A DNA stretch of 18,871 bases from assembly GCA_035703635.1 (NCBI GenBank), contig DASSXV010000038.1:1-18871 (forward strand), in the 5' to 3' direction. The notes below the pieces were generated by a model that saw nothing but the letters and a program-made list of their open reading frames with translations, was not told the DNA's origin and made no database searches. This document shows, in pieces, positions 7,954-15,894 of this stretch. A program made the translations under genes and the position numbers. Numbering within the stretch: position 1 is the stretch's first letter; every line of letters starts with the position of its first letter. The DNA is from Trueperaceae bacterium (GTDB lineage: Bacteria > Deinococcota > Deinococci > Deinococcales > Trueperaceae).

Positions 7954-9327
7954 GTGGAGTACCTCGCCTTCTACATGTTCGGCGCGGCCGTAGTGCTGCT
8001 CCTCATCGGCTACCCCGTGGCGTTCAGTCTGGGCGGTACGGCCGTCTTGTTCACCCTCATCGGCTCCGACTTCCTCCCTGGAATCGGAATCGACCTGCCG
8101 TGGGAGCCGCTGTTCCGACTAGCGCGCCTCAACATCCTCCCGCAACGCATCTACGGCACCATCATGGAGAACTACACGCTTGTAGCTGTGCCGTTCTTCG
8201 TTTTCATGGGCGTCATGTTGGAGCGGTCTGGCCTGGCGGAAGAGCTTCTCGAGACCATGGGGGTCCTCTTTGGGCGGTTGCGCGGCGGCCTGGCTGTCTC
8301 CGTCGTCGTGGTCGGGGCGCTGCTCGCGGCCTCCACCGGGGTAGTCGGTGCCTCCGTCGTAACGATGGGGATCCTCGCGCTGCCGGTAATGCTCAAGTAC
8401 AACTACAGCAAACCGCTCTCCGCGGGTGTCATCGCGGCTTCGGGCACCCTTGGTCAGATAATCCCACCATCCATCGTGCTCGTCATACTTGGCGACCAGA
8501 TGGGCATAAGCGTTGGGCAACTCTTCCTTGGCTCGTTCGTGCCCGGCTTCATGCTGGCCGGCCTGTTCATACTCTGGGTCGCGTTCACCGCCTACATCAG
8601 GCCGCACGAAGCCCCCGCGTTGCCGCTCGAGGCGCGCCAGATGCCCCCCAGGGTGCTGCTCGTCAAGATCGTGCGCAGCCTCATCCCGCCGCTGTTCCTC
8701 ATCCTGCTAGTACTAGGGTCGATTTTCTTCGGAATCGCCACCCCAACTGAGGCTGGCGCTGCTGGCGCCATCGGCGCCATGCTTCTCGCCCTCGTCAACA
8801 GGCGCCTCACGCTCAAGAACTTGAAAGACACGATGCGCCAAACGACCCAACTGACCAGCATGGTGTTCATAATCCTCGTGGGTGCAACCGCGTTCAGCAT
8901 GGTGTTCACGGCGTTGAGAGGAGACACTCTCGTTGACGAGTTCCTCGTTAACCTCCCAGGCGGCCAGTGGGGGTTCATGTTCTTCACGATGCTGACGATC
9001 TTTGTTCTTGGCTTCTTCATCGACTTCATCGAGATCACGTTCATCGTCGTGCCGTTCATCACGCCCATAGCGCTGCACTTCTTCGGTCAGGACATGCTGC
9101 TGTGGTTCGGCGTGGTCATCGCCATGAACCTCCAGAGCTCGTTCCTGACCCCGCCGTTCGGCTTTGCCCTCTTCTACCTGAAGGGGGTGGCGCCGCCCGA
9201 GATCAAGACCTCGCACATCTACCGCGGGATCATCCCGTTCGTGCTTATCCAGGTGGTCGCGCTGTTGCTGCTTGTGTTCTTTCCCGGCATCGTCGGGTGG
9301 CTGCCGTCCATCTCCAGCGCGAAGTAG
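7954..9327 (+). CDS. dctM: TRAP transporter large permease subunit
   Basis: Highly hydrophobic 457 aa. Motifs AVPFFVFMG, ASGTLGQIIPPS, GIATPTEA, SFLTPPFG. Confidence 0.96.
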   Translation: MEYLAFYMFGAAVVLLLIGYPVAFSLGGTAVLFTLIGSDFLPGIGIDLPWEPLFRLARLNILPQRIYGTIMENYTLVAVPFFVFMGVMLERSGLAEELLETMGVLFGRLRGGLAVSVVVVGALLAASTGVVGASVVTMGILALPVMLKYNYSKPLSAGVIAASGTLGQIIPPSIVLVILGDQMGISVGQLFLGSFVPGFMLAGLFILWVAFTAYIRPHEAPALPLEARQMPPRVLLVKIVRSLIPPLFLILLVLGSIFFGIATPTEAGAAGAIGAMLLALVNRRLTLKNLKDTMRQTTQLTSMVFIILVGATAFSMVFTALRGDTLVDEFLVNLPGGQWGFMFFTMLTIFVLGFFIDFIEITFIVVPFITPIALHFFGQDMLLWFGVVIAMNLQSSFLTPPFGFALFYLKGVAPPEIKTSHIYRGIIPFVLIQVVALLLLVFFPGIVGWLPSISSAK

Positions 9328-9353
9328 GGCGGCCGCTCATGGGCCGCCCTACT
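9323..9353 (+). terminator. Intrinsic terminator-like hairpin between convergent dctM and dctP
   Basis: AGTAGGGCGGCC (9323-9334) pairs with GGCCGCCCTACT (9342-9353), a perfect 12-bp stem, followed by GATTCTTT. Confidence 0.7.
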
Positions 9354-9363
9354 GATTCTTTAG

Positions 9364-9379
9364 CGCGCTTGCAAGCGCG
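9364..9379. repeat. 16-bp perfect palindrome just downstream of the dctP stop
   Basis: CGCGCTTGCAAGCGCG. Confidence 0.7.
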
Positions 9380-9384
9380 ACCGC

Positions 9385-10461
9385 TTACTTGAAGATGAAG
9401 CTGTTGTATGCGTGCTGGGTGACCTTCGTCCAGGCCCTCACGTTGTCCATGAAGCTCCGGTAGTCATCGTGGATTGCCTGGTAGCCGGGCGCCTTGGCGG
9501 CGTTCTCAGCGTGAATCTCGTCGGTCGCCTTGGCGAACGCTGCGAGGATCTCGTCCGAGAACAGGCGAATCTGCGTGCCTGATGCGATCAGTTCTTGCAG
9601 CGCCGTGTAGTTCTTGGTGTCGTACTTCGAGAGCATCTCGACGTTGCCGCGCGCGCAAGCGTCGGCCACCACGCTCTGCAGGTCGGCGGGTAGGCCGCTG
9701 AACTCGTTCTTGTTCATGTAGAGGCAGACGCCGGGACCCGGCTCGGCCCAGCTAGGGAAGTAGTAGTAAGGCGCGGCCTTGTTGAGGCCGAGGATCTGGT
9801 CGTCGTACGGCCCGACCCAGTCGGCGGCATCGATGACGCCCGTGTCGAGCGCGAGGAACAGTTCGCCGCCGGGGATGTTCTGCACGTTCATGCCCACACG
9901 GCCCATCACTTGCCCACCGAAGCCAGGGAAGCGCATGGTGAGGCCTTGCAGATCGGCTACCGTGTTGATCTCGCGCTTGAACCAGCCGCCCGTCTGCGCG
10001 CCGGTGTTGCCGGCAGGGAAGGAGACCATGTTGTCCGGCGCTAGCAGCTCTTGCGCCAACGCGTTGCCGTTGCCCGCGTACATCCAGGCGTTGAACTGCT
10101 GTGAGTCCATACCGAAAGGGACTGCCGTGAAGAAGCCGTGGGCCGGGTTCTTGTTGATGAAGTAGTAGGGCGCGGTGTGAGCCATGGCGAACGCGCCGGT
10201 AGAGACCGCGTCGTACACCTCGAGAGCGCCGATCTGCGCGCCAGCGGGGTAGACCTTCACCGTGATGTCGCCGGAGGACGCCTCGTTGATGTACTTGGCG
10301 ATGTTCTCTGCAGTGCCGAAGAGGGTATCTAGTGACGTCGGCCATGACGTCACCATCTCGAAGTTGAACTTCGACCTCTGGGCGCTCGCGAACATGAGCG
10401 GGCTGATGCTCGCTCCGGCCACCGCGATGCCAGCCTTCTTGATGAAGCTCCGTCGGTTCAT
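9385..10461 (-). CDS. dctP: TRAP solute-binding protein, TakP/FcbT1-like (probable monocarboxylate/keto-acid binder), Tat signal
   Basis: Start reassigned to ATG 10461 after GGGAGG. Twin-arginine signal MNRRSFIKK. Motifs MVTSWP, GNTGAQTGGWF, MRFPGFGG (conserved carboxylate-binding Arg), IDAADWVGPYDD, YYYFPSWAEPG. Confidence 0.93.
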   Translation of the reverse strand: MNRRSFIKKAGIAVAGASISPLMFASAQRSKFNFEMVTSWPTSLDTLFGTAENIAKYINEASSGDITVKVYPAGAQIGALEVYDAVSTGAFAMAHTAPYYFINKNPAHGFFTAVPFGMDSQQFNAWMYAGNGNALAQELLAPDNMVSFPAGNTGAQTGGWFKREINTVADLQGLTMRFPGFGGQVMGRVGMNVQNIPGGELFLALDTGVIDAADWVGPYDDQILGLNKAAPYYYFPSWAEPGPGVCLYMNKNEFSGLPADLQSVVADACARGNVEMLSKYDTKNYTALQELIASGTQIRLFSDEILAAFAKATDEIHAENAAKAPGYQAIHDDYRSFMDNVRAWTKVTQHAYNSFIFK

Positions 10462-10525
10462 GCCAACCTCCCACCATAGCTTCGCGGCCACGTGTGCGCG
10501 GCCGACTTAATTGTGGTTCGTCGGC

Positions 10526-10554
10526 AGTATACGCCTGAGAGGACAACGTGTCCC
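10526..10554 (-). promoter_or_regulatory. Putative sigma70 promoter of dctP with a short palindrome over the -35
   Basis: Minus strand reads GGGACA-N17-TATACT. Palindrome GGACA-acg-TGTCC at 10541-10553. Confidence 0.5.
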
Positions 10555-10610
10555 GGATTACGGTGTCCGACCGAGTCGGGCAGCGCGAGCTGCTAGCGCG
10601 CGACTGCTTC

Positions 10611-11540
10611 CTACTGGAAGATGTGGCGCGGCAACACGGCGGAAACCACCCAGTTCGGCATGTCTACGACCTCGCTGATGCGCAGGTTGACGGCAACGCT
10701 GCACAGCGCGTACGCCAACTGCGGCTCCAGGCCGTACTCCTTGCCGAGGTGGTCGATCATGGCGCGGATGGCGTCCTTGGTGGCGTCGAGCAGGTCGGGC
10801 GCCACGCCGGTGGTGGCGTAGTAGCCCTTCGGCATCGGCTCGTTGGCCGCGGCGGCCGTCACCTGGTAGCGCGGGTTGCTGAACCCGGCGCCTTTCACGA
10901 GGTTCACGCGCACGCGCACCGTCATCGCCGTCTCTACCGCGGTGCCGCACACCTCGCCGTCGCCCTGGGCCGCGTGGGTGTCGCCGATCGACAGGAGCGC
11001 GCCCGGCACGGCAACGGGCAGCCACAGCTTCGTGCCGCGCGTCAGGTCGCGCACGTCGAGGTTGCCGCCCTGGGCGCGCGGCGGCACCACCGAGTGAGTG
11101 CCTGGTTCGGCCAGCGCCAAGCCGATCGTGCCGGGGAACGGTCGCGTTGGCAGGTGGATGCCCGGCTGGAACTCCACGCGCTTGGCGTCGTAACGCGAGA
11201 TGTTCATGAACGGCTCGTTGAACTCGTCAGCCAACAGGCCGAAGCCTGGGATGATGCCCGTCCAACCCCAGCCGCTCTCGTCGAAATCGAGGATCTCGAC
11301 CTCGACGGCGTCGCCGGGCTGAGCGCCCTCTACGAAGATGGGGCCAGTCACTGGGTTGACCTTGCTGAAGTCGAGCAGGCCGACGTCGGCGGCTGTCGAG
11401 CGCTCAGTCAGCTGCCCGCCGCCGGAATCGACGGTCTCCAGCTCTAGCTCGGCCCCGGGCGCAACCGTGAGCACCGGCTCAATGGCGTTGTCCCAACCGA
11501 AATGGTGGTGGGTGTCGTGGATGGTCTTGAAGTTGCTCAT
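10611..11540 (-). CDS. Acetamidase/formamidase family protein (FmdA/AmdA)
   Basis: Motifs NPVTGPIFVEGAQPGD, PFPGTIG, GGNLD, GDTHAAQGDGEVCGTAVE, and C-terminal AYALCSVA...ISEVVD. Confidence 0.95.
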   Translation of the reverse strand: MSNFKTIHDTHHHFGWDNAIEPVLTVAPGAELELETVDSGGGQLTERSTAADVGLLDFSKVNPVTGPIFVEGAQPGDAVEVEILDFDESGWGWTGIIPGFGLLADEFNEPFMNISRYDAKRVEFQPGIHLPTRPFPGTIGLALAEPGTHSVVPPRAQGGNLDVRDLTRGTKLWLPVAVPGALLSIGDTHAAQGDGEVCGTAVETAMTVRVRVNLVKGAGFSNPRYQVTAAAANEPMPKGYYATTGVAPDLLDATKDAIRAMIDHLGKEYGLEPQLAYALCSVAVNLRISEVVDMPNWVVSAVLPRHIFQ

Positions 11541-11570
11541 CTCAAACCTCGGATTCTAGTTCGGGGGTAC

Positions 11571-12767
11571 TCAGTCGGCGAGTTGCTTGCGGCGGTAGGC
11601 AAGGCCTTTGCTTAGCCTGCGCAGCGTGGGTACTGAGAACGGCAAGGTGGTCAAGTGTGCTTCGCTAAGCGGCGTGGCCGTTCGGGCGAGTAGGCGGTCG
11701 AGGGTCCTGGTGGCGCTAGCGGCTGGCAATCCGATTGCGGCCGCGAACGCTAGGAGCTTGCGCCTCGAGTACGGTCGGTCGCTCCCCGACATGGTCAGCG
11801 CAAGCGTGTCGTCGCCATATGGAAGCGTTGAGGGGACGTCGTAAACGGGGCTGGCGCGCCACTCGCCGTCGGCCGTGGCAAGGACACCAAGATTCTTGGC
11901 GTGCTGATCGCCGTTACCGGTAAGCACGGCGAAGGCGACCTGCTGGAATAGCCTCTGAGCCGCGACCGGTTTGGCGGCCGTTAGAGCTACGAGTCCAAGC
12001 ACGGCCTCTTCAAGCGAGACGTTGTACTTATCGGCTGGCCAGACGCCGAGCACTTGCGCCGCATCCTCGAACGCTAGTCGTTCGAGTTGCCCACGCACGG
12101 CAATGCGGTCGAAGCGTTCGACGATCAGGGCGCTGGTACCCTCACCGTCCCACACCAACTTCCACCGCACCGACTCCATGCCCGCTGCCCTTGCGGCCGC
12201 CAGGAAGAAGGCTTCGTTCTCGATCACGAACGGGAACTCGGGTGGCGCCAGTTTCAGAATGACGTCGCGGCCAGTTGCTTGGGCCGGAAGATGGATCATG
12301 CGGCCAGAGGCCTTGTCCTGAACCCCCGGTAGACCGCGGCGATCGAAGCTAGTGGCAGAACCCAGGGCAACGGCGAAACTGAAGCCGCTGAGGTCTTGGG
12401 GGATCTCGAGGAGTGGTGGTGCAGGCGTTGGTGGGGCGCCCTCTGGAACGACCTGGACGTCACCGATCGTATCCGAGCCCACCGCGAGGAGCAGCGCGAA
12501 CTCGTCGTCAGCTGACGCCTTGATGGCCGTGCGCAACGCCGTCAACCTGCGGCCCTCGGGTAGCAGGCCGGCGAAGAAGGGGGCAACAGCACCGCCCGTG
12601 TGAGTGACTGTTTCTGTTGTGAGGGGCAGAGTCGTGGCGACGGGTGGGGCGCCAGCAGCCAGGTAATCGGGTAGATAGCGGAAGTGCGTGCCTTGGCGGT
12701 CCCTGGCAAGCTTGGCGGCGAGGACGCCAGCCTTGTAGACGTCGGCCGTTGCCGAAGCGCTCTTCAC
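11571..12767 (-). CDS. hipA: HipA-family Ser/Thr kinase toxin (HipA N-terminal coupled domain plus kinase domain), 398 aa
   Basis: Start reassigned to GTG 12767 (GTGA overlap with antitoxin stop). Motifs PFFAGLLPEG, DTIGDV, Gly-loop GVQDK, ILKL, ENE, VERFDR, catalytic GNGDQHAKN, Mg-binding SPVYD. Confidence 0.93.
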   Translation of the reverse strand: MKSASATADVYKAGVLAAKLARDRQGTHFRYLPDYLAAGAPPVATTLPLTTETVTHTGGAVAPFFAGLLPEGRRLTALRTAIKASADDEFALLLAVGSDTIGDVQVVPEGAPPTPAPPLLEIPQDLSGFSFAVALGSATSFDRRGLPGVQDKASGRMIHLPAQATGRDVILKLAPPEFPFVIENEAFFLAAARAAGMESVRWKLVWDGEGTSALIVERFDRIAVRGQLERLAFEDAAQVLGVWPADKYNVSLEEAVLGLVALTAAKPVAAQRLFQQVAFAVLTGNGDQHAKNLGVLATADGEWRASPVYDVPSTLPYGDDTLALTMSGSDRPYSRRKLLAFAAAIGLPAASATRTLDRLLARTATPLSEAHLTTLPFSVPTLRRLSKGLAYRRKQLAD

Positions 12768-13018
12768 TGTCCGTCGAGCCCGGAACCGGCGCCGGATAGA
12801 GTGCCGGCCGCAGCTACCTGCCAGTGGAGCTCGAGACCCAAGGCCGTGGCTACGGCGAGGAGTCGGTCTAGTTGCACGGTCGCCTTGCCGCTCTCGAGGT
12901 CGTGGATGAAGCGAGGGGACACGCCTGCGAGGTCCGCGAGGTCCTGCTGGGTCAAGCGCAACGCCTTGCGGCGGGCTCGGAACTCTGTCGCGGTTACCCC
13001 TACCTGTTTCGTTGCCAT
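12764..13018 (-). CDS. hipB: Xre/HipB-like HTH antitoxin (84 aa)
   Basis: RARRKALRLTQQDLADLAGVSPRFIHDLESGK is an HTH_3 signature. GGAGGT RBS upstream. Directly coupled to hipA. Confidence 0.92.
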   Translation of the reverse strand: MATKQVGVTATEFRARRKALRLTQQDLADLAGVSPRFIHDLESGKATVQLDRLLAVATALGLELHWQVAAAGTLSGAGSGLDGQ

Positions 13019-13048
13019 CCTCGCACCTCCAACCCGACCGCCTTGATA

Positions 13049-13186
13049 TCTGCGCGGGCGCGCGTATACCGCTTCCGGGAGGCCCCGACATGGCGCGGTT
13101 CAGGCAGTATATGCGCGTTCGCGCAGAGAGTGGGTCAGATTACACCCTAATGCCCCAATATCAGGCTGAATCTGCGCGAACGCGCC
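13049..13186. promoter_or_regulatory. Three quasi-palindromic TGCGCG-N2-CGCGC boxes (probable HipB operators) at 61-bp period
   Basis: Cores start at 13051 (TGCGCGggCGCGCG), 13112 (TGCGCGttCGCGCA) and 13173 (TGCGCGaaCGCGCC). A minus-strand -10 TATACT (13106-13111) abuts the middle box. Confidence 0.7.
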
Positions 13187-13188
13187 GG

Positions 13189-13220
13189 TCCGGGCGGTCA
13201 CCGACATGCGACCGCCCGGA
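13189..13220 (-). terminator. 11-bp stem hairpin downstream of the ABC solute-binding gene
   Basis: TCCGGGCGGTC (13189-13199) pairs with GACCGCCCGGA (13210-13220), 15 nt past the stop at 13236. No U-tract, so it may be an mRNA-stabilising stem. Confidence 0.55.
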
Positions 13221-13235
13221 ACGAGGCCAGCTGAC

Positions 13236-14894
13236 TTACTCGGCCCTGCGCACCATCTCGTAGTGAACGGGGATGTGCATCGGGTCGACGAAGATCGCGT
13301 CTGGCCCGGTCACATTGGTCGAGTGCATGCTGACCTGCAGCTCGTGGAAGATGGGGATCCACGGCGCGTCACCCATGATGTCGACGAAGATCGAGCGCCA
13401 CTCTTCAACGCGCTCGGCCTGCTGGTCGGTGCGGGCGAGGGTGTCGGCCTGCGCGGCGCGCGCTTCGATGCTCTCGTCGCAGTACTTCGCCCAGTTCCAG
13501 CCGCCAGGGATGTTGCTTGCGCAGGCGAGGATGGGCCAGTAGAAGTTGTTGGGGTCGGGGTAGTCGGCGATCCAGGCCATGCCGCCCGACCACAGCAGCG
13601 GGGCCTCACCGGCGCCGCCCGCCTCGATGACGGTGCTCTGGGCCTGGGTGCGGAGTTCTGCGCGCACGCCGATCTCGGCGAGGTCGGCCTGGATGGCTTG
13701 CGCGATGCGGTCGTTCGGCGCCACGTTGTAGGCGTACAGCACGGTGTCGAAGCCGTTAGGGAAGCCGGCGTCGGCGAGGAGCGCCTTGGCTGCGGCCGGA
13801 TCGTACGGGTAGCCCGCGTAGTTGACGTCGTGGCTCGCGAAGAGCGGCGGGAGGATCTGCGTGGCTGGCACGGCGCGGTTGTTGATGATGCGCACGATGC
13901 GGTCCTTGTTGATGGCCATGTTCAGCGCCTGGCGCACGCGCAGGTCGGTGAACGGCTCCATCTCGACGTTGATGGTCACGTAGCCGGTCTGCATCTGCTC
14001 GCCGATCGAGACCTGCTTGCTCCACGTCGGGTCGGCCATCACTTCGGTGTAGCGCGCGCTCGGGATGCCGTCGCCGAGGATGTCGACCTCACCGCGCTGC
14101 AGGCGGAGGAACGCCACGTTCTGGTCGACGCCTACCTGGAAGGTGAGTTCGTCGAGGAACGGGACGCCCGCCTCGAAGTAGTCGGGGTTGCGCTCCAGCA
14201 CGATGCGCTGCCCGAGGACCCACTCCTTGAGCATGAAGCCGCCCGTGCCGACGGGCTGGTGGCCGAAGTCGCCCTTGGCTGCTTCGACGGCCTCACGCGG
14301 GACGATGTGGGCGAAGTTGAGGCCGAGCTTGTGGAGGAACGACGCGTCAGGCTCGGAGGTGGTGAACTGGATGGTGCTGTCGTCGATGACGACGATGCCG
14401 CTGACCTCGTCAGCCGCCCCGTCGATGAACTCCTGGGCGCCCTCGATGGTGAGGTAGAAACCCTGGCCTGGGCTCTGCGTTGCCGGGTCGAGGGTGCGTT
14501 CGAGCGTGTACTTGACGTCGCCTGCGACCATGGTGCGGCCGTTGTGGAACTTGATGCCTTGACGCAGCGTGAACACGTAGGTGCGGCCGTCCTCGCTTAC
14601 CGTGTAGCTCTCTGCGAGGTGCGGGATCAGTTCGGTGGTGCCGGGCGTGTAGTCCATCAGACCGTCGAAGATCGACTTGATGATGGACCAGTTCTGCCAG
14701 TCGTAGCCGATGGCGGGGTCGAGGGTGGCCACGTCGTCCTGGAACGACACGACGGCGCTGCCGCCCTGCTGCGCCATGGCGCTACCGAACGTCAGGACCG
14801 CAAGCACCGCCAGGGCGCGGCCGACTCCGGTGCGTGCTAGCCAGGAGGCTCGCGGCGGCACTGCGCCGGTCTCGTTGCTGGTGTGGGTGTACAT
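13236..14894 (-). CDS. ABC transporter substrate-binding protein, family 5 (Dpp/Opp/Nik-like)
   Basis: Signal peptide ending SAMA-Q. Motifs TLDPA, IFDGL, PHLAES, YVFTLRQGIKFHNG, PVGTGGF, VRQALNMAINK, AKALLADAG. Confidence 0.96.
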   Translation of the reverse strand: MYTHTSNETGAVPPRASWLARTGVGRALAVLAVLTFGSAMAQQGGSAVVSFQDDVATLDPAIGYDWQNWSIIKSIFDGLMDYTPGTTELIPHLAESYTVSEDGRTYVFTLRQGIKFHNGRTMVAGDVKYTLERTLDPATQSPGQGFYLTIEGAQEFIDGAADEVSGIVVIDDSTIQFTTSEPDASFLHKLGLNFAHIVPREAVEAAKGDFGHQPVGTGGFMLKEWVLGQRIVLERNPDYFEAGVPFLDELTFQVGVDQNVAFLRLQRGEVDILGDGIPSARYTEVMADPTWSKQVSIGEQMQTGYVTINVEMEPFTDLRVRQALNMAINKDRIVRIINNRAVPATQILPPLFASHDVNYAGYPYDPAAAKALLADAGFPNGFDTVLYAYNVAPNDRIAQAIQADLAEIGVRAELRTQAQSTVIEAGGAGEAPLLWSGGMAWIADYPDPNNFYWPILACASNIPGGWNWAKYCDESIEARAAQADTLARTDQQAERVEEWRSIFVDIMGDAPWIPIFHELQVSMHSTNVTGPDAIFVDPMHIPVHYEMVRRAE

Positions 14895-14973
14895 CGTTGC
14901 CTACCTTTCGCGCTTGGGGGCGCCTGTTGCCGGCACTCGCGCGCCGCACTGCTGCGGGGCGCGAGGTGTCCGC

Positions 14974-15894
14974 TTAGGAGTACCGGATCCTGGGGTCCAG
15001 GGCCGGGTATACGAGGTCGGCCAGCAAGTTGCCGACCACCACGAAGAGGGCGGTGACGATGACGCCACCCATGATGACGGGGATATCGACTAGCTGAATG
15101 GCCTGCCAGATCATCTGACCGATGCCTGGCCACCCGAAGACGCTTTCGACGATGACGATGCCGCCCATGAACACCCCGATGTCGAGCCCGATCAGGGCTA
15201 CGACGGGCAGGACGGCGTTCTTGAGGACGTGCTTGAACACGACCTTGGTGGGGAACACGCCTTTGGCGCGCGCCGTGCGCACGTAGTCCTGTCGCAGCAC
15301 TTCGATCATGGCGCTGCGCGTGACCCGCGCGTACCAACCTCCGCCAGCCAAGCCAACGGTGATGGCGGGCAGGACGACGTGTAGCGGCGTGCCGTAACCA
15401 CCCAACGGAAAGATGGGCAGGAGGTAGCTGAGGAAGTAGATGAGGAGCAGACCGACCACGAACTGCGGTGCAGACACGCCAACGAACGCGAAAGCCATCA
15501 CCGCCTGGTCGACGGCGGTGCCGCGCCGCAGCGCCGCCATGATGCCGGTGGGCAGGCCGATGAGCAGCTCGAACAAGATCCCTGCCAACGCTAGTTGCAT
15601 GGTCGGCACGAGCCGCGAACCGATGAGGCGCGTCACCTCGGCCTTCTGAGCGTACGAACGTCCCATGTCGCCAGTGACGAGGTTCTTGACGTAGGTGACG
15701 TACTGCGCTGGCAGAGGGCGGTCGAGGCCGAGCTCGGCGCGGATGCTCGCGACGGTGGCTGGCGTCGCGCTGCGGCCCGCGATCATGCGCGCCGGGTCGG
15801 CTGGCAGGAGGAACACGAGCAGGAACGTGATGATCGTGACTCCGATCATGACGCCGACGGCCTGCAGGAGGCGCTGCAGGAGGTAGCGGATCAC
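14974..15894 (-). CDS. ABC transporter permease, DppB/OppB-like
   Basis: Start reassigned to GTG 15894 (MIRYLLQRLLQ, GTGA overlap). Motifs LGLDRPL, GDMGRS, DYVRTARAKG, VESVFGWPGIG, LYP-like LVYPALDPRI. Confidence 0.95.
   Translation of the reverse strand: MIRYLLQRLLQAVGVMIGVTIITFLLVFLLPADPARMIAGRSATPATVASIRAELGLDRPLPAQYVTYVKNLVTGDMGRSYAQKAEVTRLIGSRLVPTMQLALAGILFELLIGLPTGIMAALRRGTAVDQAVMAFAFVGVSAPQFVVGLLLIYFLSYLLPIFPLGGYGTPLHVVLPAITVGLAGGGWYARVTRSAMIEVLRQDYVRTARAKGVFPTKVVFKHVLKNAVLPVVALIGLDIGVFMGGIVIVESVFGWPGIGQMIWQAIQLVDIPVIMGGVIVTALFVVVGNLLADLVYPALDPRIRYS

Noticed and set aside
12768-13091. N-terminal extension of HipA given by the ORF track (506 aa)
   Set aside because: It overlaps the entire hipB gene and its operators. 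GTG 12767 gives a typical coupled start and a normal HipA length.
13049-13186. Mini CRISPR array (a 61-bp period is typical of type I-E arrays)
   Set aside because: The conserved unit is only ~14-20 bp, the middle copy is inverted, there are just three copies and no cas genes. The position in front of an HTH antitoxin fits operators better.
11541-13235. IS element or other autonomous mobile element carrying hipBA
   Set aside because: No transposase or recombinase, terminal inverted repeats or target-site duplication could be identified.
13206-14840. 544-aa plus-strand ORF (also 10548-11447, 7464-8750, 14837-15937 and similar)
   Set aside because: They overlap well-supported genes in antisense or alternative frames. 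Long stop-free shadow frames are expected with strong GC3 bias, and they show no family motifs.
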